From the NCBI RefSeq assembly GCF_001194135.2, contig NC_068985.1, forward strand, positions 86,046,385-86,090,345: 43,961 nt of DNA, read 5' to 3'. A program made the position numbers and the translations under genes. Shown here one piece after another: positions 35,721 through 43,961 of the stretch. Under the pieces are notes generated by a model. That model worked only from the letters and a program-made list of their open reading frames with translations, made no database searches and was not told the DNA's origin. This DNA comes from Octopus bimaculoides. Taxonomy: Eukaryota. The first letter of the stretch is position 1. Every line of letters begins with the position of its first letter.

Positions 35721-36944
35721 CATAAGATTGGCTGCTAGGATTTGCAGGGGCTTTTGACATGACACAGCATTTGAATTGAAAGAGAGGAATATTTTATTGC
35801 TATTGTTGTTGTTATTTAGCCTTTGGTCATCCCCAACTGATCAAACTCATATTCAACGATGTGACCATTTTGTTTTTTTTCTATAGACTGATGAGTGATT
35901 TGAGGGATATTAGGCCGCTATTTCTGGCAGGTTAAGTAACCATGTACATGCTGTTACATTGGTTCATCAACTTTTCCCCATCTAACTGATGCTTCAGCTG
36001 GGAATTTTGGCTTTTCTTTTTCTTGCATATTTATCTCAAAGACTAAGTTATTTAGTATTACCTCTGTTTTTTTTTTTTTGTAAGATAGTAGGTTGTCATT
36101 TAAGGGAGATTTCACTGTTATTTCTAGCAGATCCAGTGACCATGCAGTGGACCACTCATTAACAGTAGATTTTTTTTTTTTGCAAAGCATAAAATATTAA
36201 TTACTTTGTCTCCCAGGTTTGACCTTAGACATGCTACACCTTGACCATCTTGTTATTGAATGTGGTCCTCCTTGTTTTAGATGATACAATTTTTATTGGA
36301 GACCTGCTTGACTGTTATTTTTAGCAGGTCAAACTACAATGCAATATTTCCTTGTTAACTAAAGTAAAAATTTCCTGATTGGCTTATAAAAGCTCAGTCA
36401 GATGATCATGTGACTCTGGCAATATTTTTAATGATGATGGTGGTGGTGGTGGTGGCAGTGATGATAGTGATGGTGAAGATGGTGCCGTGGATCATAATGG
36501 CTTGGATAATGATTTTTCACAGAAGACCAGAAATTTTTGGAGAAGGAATAAATTGGTTAAATTTACCCCAGTATGTGACTGGTACTTCATTATCATCTAA
36601 TGAAGGATGAAAAGCAAAGTTGACCTAAGTGTAGTTTAGAACTCAGAATGTGAAGAATCAGAAACCAGATATTTTGTCCAATTGTCATCCATAATTCTGT
36701 CAATCCACTTCTCTGAGGACAATGACCTCTAACATTGGTTGAAGCAGAATTTTTCAAAAGCGGTGTGGCTGATTTAATAAATTCCCAACTTTTGATGGGA
36801 GATATATTTTAGCAGTTCCAGAAGATTGAAGGACATGGTTGACCTCAGCAAGATTTGAACTCAGTAAGAAAAGGTGGTGATTAAATTCTATGAGGCATTT
36901 TTGTCCAGCACTCTATCAATTCTGTCATTCACCATTGGTATGAT

Positions 36945-37014
36945 GGTAGTAATGATGATGATGATGACAATGGTGATGATAGTAATGACACCACTGCTGT
37001 CACTACTGCTGCCA

Positions 37015-37048
<34 letters not shown>

Positions 37049-37090
37049 CAAGACTGATGATGGTGATGATGATGATGAAGATGATGATGA
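36945..37090. repeat. Degenerate (GAT)n microsatellite
   Basis: Read directly; explains the poly-M ORF. Confidence 0.95.
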
Positions 37091-37239
37091 AACCAATTGA
37101 GTTATCTACCTAGTCATATCTTCACACCATTAAGATAAGAGAAACAATAGCTGATATTAATTAAATATAACCAATTTAGTCTCAATAATAATGATCACAA
37201 GAAGAATATTAAATTCATTGGCACTAACATAAATTATCA

Positions 37240-37550
37240 CAAATCTTGCATATCTCGGCTTACCTGATTTAGAAGAGGTAACTTACCAAAGTTTATTTCT
37301 AGCCTCACTTAACCAGTTAACTTGATATGGCTATCATCTCAACTCGACAACACAGCAAACTGAAATCTGTGATGTTATAAATCTTTCAGCTGTGATTATT
37401 TGTTTCTGCTGATTGAATAAACATGATCCCTATTGTAATCAATATTTATTTTAAAATGAGTGATTTGCTGATGATAACTTGAGAAGCTGCTAGCACATTA
37501 AACAGTGCAGTTAAAGCAAATCTGTGTGAATAAATATATTGTGAACAAAC
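37240..37550 (+). pseudogene. Decayed LINE RT core (RTE/CR1-like)
   Basis: Same frame: DLEEVTYQSLFLASLNQLT*YG (spacing of DLEKAFD..LW..L..YG), FADD at 37464, V*IN..*T (GL.IN..KT). Confidence 0.4.
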
Positions 37551-38840
37551 TATCTATAATGAAGTTGTGATGTCAACAGGCATAAACGAGGGTCAAGTAC
37601 AGAGCGCTAGATGTAGGGGTGGCGGGGGGGGGGCATTTGGAGCCTATGTCAAACATTGGCAAGTGAAAGATATGCCAGATGATAAAGTTGATGAAATGAG
37701 ATGATATGGAGGGGGAAAAAATGTAGGAAAACATGAGGTGAAAAGAGATAGAACAAAAATAAACAATAAACAAATGATAAGAGGATATAGAAAAATGGTT
37801 GGGGGAATAGAAAATGGGAAATAGGGGAGTGGAAAAAAACAAAAAAATCAATGAACAAATAGTGAAAAGATTGATGTTTGACCAAATGATAAATGATACT
37901 CAATAGAAGAATGATTATGTATTAAACAGTATCCCGAGCTAAGAAGCACATAACCATAATTAATCGATTCACAATATGGCTGTTTGAAATATTGTTAGAA
38001 GATTGAAATGGCAAAGCTGTAATGGAACAACAGTAATATAGAATGACTGTTGTAATAAGTTAGGATTAAGAGGTTACCAAGACTAAAATATCAAAACCTC
38101 ATATTTCTCTCTTCCATTTCAACATTTCTGAATCTTTCTCGTACAACAAACTGCAGCCATTATTTATAAGCAACCTCTTCTGTCTTTTTTTGTAAAAGGA
38201 CTTTAACAAAACAAAACAGATTCACTTCCATCCATTTAACAAAGGAACAAAGCTAGAAGGAAACCCTGTGTGGTTGTTTGACCTGTTTGAAATAACAGCT
38301 AAATTTTCCCCATAAAAATGGGAGAAATGGGTTCAATGTATATCCAGAAGATGAACTGGAAACTGAAGAGAAGCATGTCAAGTATTATCTATTCAAGACA
38401 ATTTTAACTTGAATTAAAGAATAGAATATAATCAAATATTTTAATCAGAGTGTGTTGCTGTTGTTATTGTGGTTGTTGTTTAACCTCAGGACATAACAGT
38501 GATCAACCTGTCTTGCTTTCAGGAATAGGCCATCCAGAACTATATTATTCAATGTATTTCTCTTTCTCCAGATGGTGGAATGTGATTTAAGGGGTTCTAG
38601 GCCAATATTTGTAACCAGTTGAGTGGCGTCTAGGGGCATCTTTGATGGCTCAGGTATGGTTACACACACTCGCATGAAAATATTAAGTTTTTTGTAGTGT
38701 AAAGAATAGTAAACAATGATAAGGTTAATCAGTGGAAATCAAGGAATTGTACCTTAATTTATAAAAACAAAACACATTAAAAATAATTATGTTTTGACCA
38801 AGAACTGGCCCAGGCCATGTCTAACTTAACAGCACCACGT

Positions 38841-38950
38841 GTATGTATGTATGTATGTATGTACATATCTATCTATCTATCTATCTATTTATCTATCTAT
38901 CTATATATATATATATATATATATATTTATTTATTTATTTATTTATTTAT
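38841..38950. repeat. Compound (GTAT)(CTAT)(TA)(TTTA) repeat
   Basis: Read directly; the TTTA part is the tail of the adjacent LINE. Confidence 0.95.
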
Positions 38951-39456
38951 GGGTTTCAGCCAAGTGGCTGTGGTCATGCTGGTGCACCACCATGATTTTC
39001 CGTCTTTATGCTGTGCTCTCTTCACGTTCCTTGCATGGCTCTTCTCCCCCACCTGATATGGTCCAATCAAGAGTTTTGATGGCACATCTGGTGTATAAGA
39101 GAATTTGACATCGCTGCCCTAAACTGCGTCTCATTACGAGCCATTGGTTCGTCTGGTATCGTGGAGAGGAAAGCGTCAAGTTTTGTCTTGAAGACCTCCG
39201 CATCCATGTCTTGCATGTCTCTCAAATGTTTTGGCAGGGCATTGAAGAGCTGAGGTCCTCTGAAACCGAGGTTGCTGCAGTATCTCGTTCTTATGTGAGA
39301 TGCAGTGGACGGCACCTTTGGCACCATGCAGTGGCGACCCGTGTGGGCATTCCTGTAGTACTTGATGCCAAAGTTTGGCACCAGTCCTTCCAGTATTTTC
39401 CATATGTATATTATTACATATCTCTCCCGCCTGCGCTCCAGGGAGTGGAGACCTAG
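38926..39456 (-). mobile_element. 5'-truncated CR1-group LINE: ORF2 C-terminus, 3' UTR and (TAAA)n tail
   Basis: Open frame LGLHSLERRRERYVIIYIWKILEGLVPN..GR.C..FRGPQLFNALP..FKTKLDAFLSTIPDEP to the stop at 39067, then UTR and tail. Confidence 0.9.
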
Positions 39457-41149
39457 TGTATATATATATATATACACACAAAAAAAAAACAGGTACAGAA
39501 TTTTTTGTACTTTCTAAAGAAGTGAAATGAAAATAAATTAGTGCTTAGGTATGCTTGTACCGTTACCATAGAGGAACAAGCATTCTCAAGTGCTTGACAA
39601 AAATGTCTTAAATGTAATAATGTAAATAGTTTATTAAATTTCATTCCAATTCAATTCCCTGGAGAATTGGGAAACTTTCTGTAACTGCAATATATATTGA
39701 CACCTGTACCTCTTTGTTACTCATTTATATCTTGTATATATAAATTAAAGTACCAGTCACATACTGGGGTTGGTGAAGTCGATTAATCCCCTCCCCTCAA
39801 AACAACTGGCCTTGTGCCTAAATCAGAAACCGTTATTATCATTAAGTAGTGGTAGTTAGAAAAAAAACTAATAGTTACAATAGTATTCCAGTCTGTGCAT
39901 CTCTACCAAATTCTTTGTTGATCATTAAAAGCACAACAGAAAATACTTATATTTTATTACAATTTTTCAGATATCAAATATACAGGAGCGGACCAATATT
40001 TTATACACTGATACAGCAGCAGTAGTAGTAGCAGCAGCAGCAGCAGCAGCAGCACATTACATGATATCCACTCTGACCTTGTCATACTCACAGTTTTAAA
40101 ATGACCTCTTCTATCATATTCAGAGAGTGTCCTCCATTAACTTTCATATTTATTTTTCCCTTTCATTTTTAATAGTCTTTTTCTTTCTTTTCTTATAATC
40201 TCCTGATCAATAAGATACATTATTCGTAGAAATATCACTTGTTGATTAAGTATCTATTATTCTTTGAGATTGTCTGTCAAGTAATGATGACTCATAGAAG
40301 TTATTAATTTTACTATATACCTCACCCCCCACCACCACCACCATTAACTTCACACACACACACACACACACTTATACATAAAAAAGCTTTCAGTATCTTT
40401 AAAAATATGACTATGAAAATGACAAATAAGAAGAAAAGAGAAAATAATAAATCACTTCTAACAGTGTTCAACTGCTGTAATTCTTTGTTATTCCACAAGT
40501 GCGTATACCAACCCAGTTTGGGAAAGAAACTAGATCCAGCTGTTAATTCCTTTTGACTAATCTTAGGCTGTTGTAGACCAACAAACACTGAAAATTTTCT
40601 ATATTCTGTCAAGAAGAAATCAGGAATTATAATAAAGGAACAATGTATGGCCCCTGTCAGCCAGTACTGATCATGCATTTAGATATGTTTGGACAGACCT
40701 GGGCAACATTTTTTGCTCTTATTTGAGGGCTACAATTTTCCCTTCTTGCCCGCCAAAAAGTTTACAGATCTGAACAAAAACGGCTTGGCACAAATGTTGT
40801 TGCAGGTGTTTATGTCAGAACAGAAAGAATGAGGCACCAGATAGTGCAAGACATCCCATCCAGTCCTCAAATGTTTTCATCTCTCCATTGCCAGGAATCA
40901 GCGGTTATTTATTCAACCCTGAAGAATAAAAGTCAAAGTTGACCTTAGTTGGATTTGAACTCTGGTTGCAGAGAACTGGAAAGATTTGCTGTCAAACATT
41001 CTGTTGAACATTTTCGTGACTGTCAAATCTGTCACATTTCTGCAAACAGTTAGATCCAGGGTACCCTATGTCTGATTAAACACCCAATTCAGAGTTGTTT
41101 GAAGCTCAGATTTTAACTTTAAACATTGGCATTCGATCAATAGAAAAGC

Positions 41150-41416
41150 CTGCTTCTGAAATTAATGTGCAACTGGCTGAGTACTCCACAAACATGTGTA
41201 CCCTTAATGTAATTCCCAGGGAGATCAAGTATCACACAGAATGTGATGAAGCTGGCCCTTTGAAATACAGCTGCCACTCATTTTTCCAGGCTGAGTGGAC
41301 TGGAGGAATGTGAAGTAAAGTGTCTTGCTCAAGGACACAATGCACCACCAGGAATTGAACCCACTGTCTTATGATTGAGAACCAAATACCCAAACCACTA
41401 TGTCACTTGCCTTCAC
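41150..41416 (-). mobile_element. SINE family C
   Basis: AAAGTGTCTTGCTCAAGGACAC..GGAATTGAACCC..AACCACT..GCCTTCAC; reverse complement of 18958-19261. Confidence 0.9.
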
Positions 41417-41999
41417 TGAAGTTCAGATGAGACTTCCCTAAATGTGACTCTTATGTTGAGGTTGGCGTCACATGTAATGTAAGGAAAACTCCGAGGAAAG
41501 AGAGAAACAACAGCCTCCAACGTCAACAACAATGGAAAATTTGGTAACTGAACTTCTCCAATCTAGTTTGAATGTAAGGTAAGCAAAGCATGAAAGTCTG
41601 GATCAAAGGTGACACTCAATGGAAAAGCAGCTCCTCTAGTGACATCATGTGCAACTATGGAACCTGTTGAGGAAATAGGCTATAACAGAAGAACTGAGGA
41701 TCTCTACTGACTTTGTAGTTTAGAATAAGGGTGTGGAGATATGTGTCTAGTTTTTGATGAACAGAATTTAGCTGAATGTGAAGGAATCTCATAAGTTGAT
41801 GAAAGTCAAGAATAAAGAAAATACTGAAGTTTTGGGTTCTGATATTTCTGAAACTGATATAAAGAAGAAATATTCTAATCTCGTTCATTGGACACTCATC
41901 TGTGATAATACAACCACTGTGTAGATATGTTTGTGTAGAGGCATAAGCATGTCTGTTGTTAGGGGCTTGATTCCACTGTGTTAATGTTGTTGACTATAC

Positions 42000-42297
42000 C
42001 AGGGGTTTTCAAACTTTTTGACTTGCGGACCCCTTTATATTTCAGGCTTTACCTTAGGGACCCCCTTATAAACGCTTAGGAAATTTATACATAAATATTT
42101 GCTTAAAATAGCATACATTTTTACATTTATTTATTTAACAGTATTTAACAAATAGGTTTATTGTCAATTAAAAGATTTCGATTAAAAAAACATATATAAA
42201 ATCAAATTGCCCATAAAAAGTATTTGCTGTGTACGGATCCCCTGTCTTGTCCTTGCGGACCCCCTGTGGTCCGCGGACCACAGTTTGAAAACCCCTG
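42000..42297. mobile_element. hAT (Charlie-like) MITE with TIRs and 8-bp TSD
   Basis: TIR CAGGGGTTTTCAAACT / AGTTTGAAAACCCCTG; flanks GACTATAC / GTCTATAC; palindrome CTGTGGTCCGCGGACCACAG at 42264-42283. Confidence 0.92.
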
Positions 42298-42469
42298 GTC
42301 TATACTATAGGTGTGTGCGTGTGATTTCTCCTTGTCCTTACATGTCTGGTGTCTGTAAACAAAACAATAGCTTGGTTATCAGACACAAACAGTATTATTT
42401 ATTCACATTTAACCATGCAAACACATCCAGGTTTCTCAATGTGTTTCCACATGTAGAGCAATTTTTGTA

Positions 42470-42604
42470 AAGAAAAGGAAACTGGTGAGGGTTGATGACA
42501 GGAAAGGCATCCAACTATAGAAAATCTGCCTCAACAAATTTCATCTGACCCATGCGAGCATGGAAAAGTAGACAATACAATGAAATGATGATGATGATGA
42601 TGAT
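42470..42604 (+). mobile_element. (GAT)n-tailed 3' module
   Basis: GAGGGTTGATGACAGGAAAGGCATCCAACTATAGAAAATCTGCC..CCCATGCGAGCATGGAAAAG..(GAT)n. Confidence 0.85.
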
Positions 42605-43099
42605 CTCAGGGTGTTAACCACTATTTTCCTGGAGACTTTACCAGTGAATGGCTTCAAATTTCAATGTGATGAAGCTTTTACCCATAGCAATGGGGTTTGG
42701 TTTTCTTATTTCAGCCAGTAGTCCAACACGTTTGTTGATAATTAATTTTATTGACAGCAGAGAAAGAGAAAAACAAAATCACCATGAACAGGCTGTTAAC
42801 GTTGATCTTAGATAGATGAAAGAAAACATTACTATACATTTTAGCTGATTGTTGTTGGTGTGGTTGTTGTTGTTGTTGTGTTTCCAGTCAAATAACATTA
42901 ACCAAGAATATAAACTAAGAGATACTTAAACTGGAGGTGTGGCTGTGATGGAGAGATCAATGACCTCCAAATGTTTAGGGAGGAGCTAATGCAAAATGAG
43001 AAATATTATAAAAGTGTGCGCTAAACTAACACACACACACAGAGTATTTTATCTATACCTACTTGCCTACCTACCTTCCTACCTGCCTATCCATGTATC

Positions 43100-43101
43100 T
43101 A

Positions 43102-43148
<47 letters not shown>

Positions 43149-43167
43149 GTGTGTGTGTGTGTATATA

Positions 43168-43233
<66 letters not shown>

Positions 43234-43240
43234 TGTATAT
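43100..43240. repeat. Compound CTGT/CT/TA/GT/GTAT microsatellite
   Basis: Read directly. Confidence 0.97.
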
Positions 43241-43527
43241 TAAACTGAAGAACTGCTGAATGCTTTTTAGTTCAGTACATATTTATTACATTTTTACAAG
43301 GAAGCAAACACCTCAAAACTTTGAAGTCACTGTCAACATTTACCTCGTAAAAGTTTAGTAAATATGTATTTATATAATGTCTAAAACCACAAACATTTTG
43401 TAAATTTTCACATCGAATTTTTGCATAAACTAGCGTTACAAATAGAGTTGCTACAGAAACAATTGTAATAAATCATTAAAGATGTGATGGAGAATTTTCT
43501 TTGTTTTCTTCTTATCACTTGGATACA

Positions 43528-43584
<57 letters not shown>

Positions 43585-43650
43585 GTTGCCATTTTATATT
43601 TTTGATCTCGCACATTGTTTGTTGTTGATTTTTTCAACTACACAGTACAG

Positions 43651-43954
43651 TAGGGTCAGTTGGACACTGTCTGTGAAACAAACAACACCATGACACAATT
43701 CACTCTGCCAGGATTTGGAAACAACATGCTGTACTGCTTGGCATTCACACCGGAAGCTCCAATACAAACATTGCAGAGTGTTTGGGTGTCAATCTGAGGA
43801 CATGTACTGAGAGTGATAAAAATCAAAACATCCAGTCAACATCATGGTGTCTAAAGTGATCACTAGTGATGGTGACGTTAGGCTTCCCACACTACCAAAC
43901 AGTGTTATTTTCATTTTTGCAAAATTTAGATGACAGTTTATTCACTGCACCCTG
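43651..43954 (+). mobile_element. Internally deleted Tc1/mariner-superfamily element
   Basis: HAVLLGIHTGSSNTNIAECLGVNLR (HTH-like) abuts KHPVNIMV..VITSDGDV (catalytic-domain motif); right TIR CAGGGTGCAGTGAATAAACTGTC on the minus strand, left TIR degenerate. Confidence 0.8.
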
Positions 43955-43961
43955 AATATAT

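Noticed and set aside
30545-35900. Other CTGATGA hammerhead cores (about 30549 and 35888)
   Set aside because: No stem II followed by GAAA downstream.
38572-38653. Plus-strand AG...GT exon-like segment
   Set aside because: Stops in all three frames, and it matches dispersed repeat family D.
40509-40605. Minus-strand exon candidate EYRKFSVFVGL...
   Set aside because: Weak donors; FLTEYRK..VGL resembles the PLE motif F.T.VYRK..TGL, so it is more likely another relic, but too weak to list as a feature.
41420-41930. Protein-like fragments (MENLVTELL, QLWNLLRK)
   Set aside because: Many stops and no ordered motif series; cannot be assigned.

Overview
AT-rich, repeat-dense eukaryotic DNA. The SINE families, microsatellite load and transposons resemble an Octopus (coleoid cephalopod) short-read assembly; this taxon call is inferred from repeat recognition, not from a search. 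I recognise no intact host gene, RNA gene or CRISPR array. Nearly all ORFs in the supplied track are microsatellite read-throughs, SINE antisense frames or decayed transposon pieces. Best-supported content: an internally deleted Gypsy LTR element (1428-3455), an open 3' end of a CR1-like LINE (38926-39456), a hAT MITE with TSD (42000-42297), a deleted Tc1/mariner copy (43651-43954), two piggyBac-like MITEs, many SINEs, and two N gaps. By manual translation, several apparently unique stretches resolve into heavily decayed Penelope-like RT/GIY-YIG and LINE relics. The most unusual object is a 135-bp fold-back at 31840-31974 carrying the 3' half of a minimal hammerhead-ribozyme-like motif. I found no convincing new biological system. 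All protein-family calls are by eye and need profile searches.
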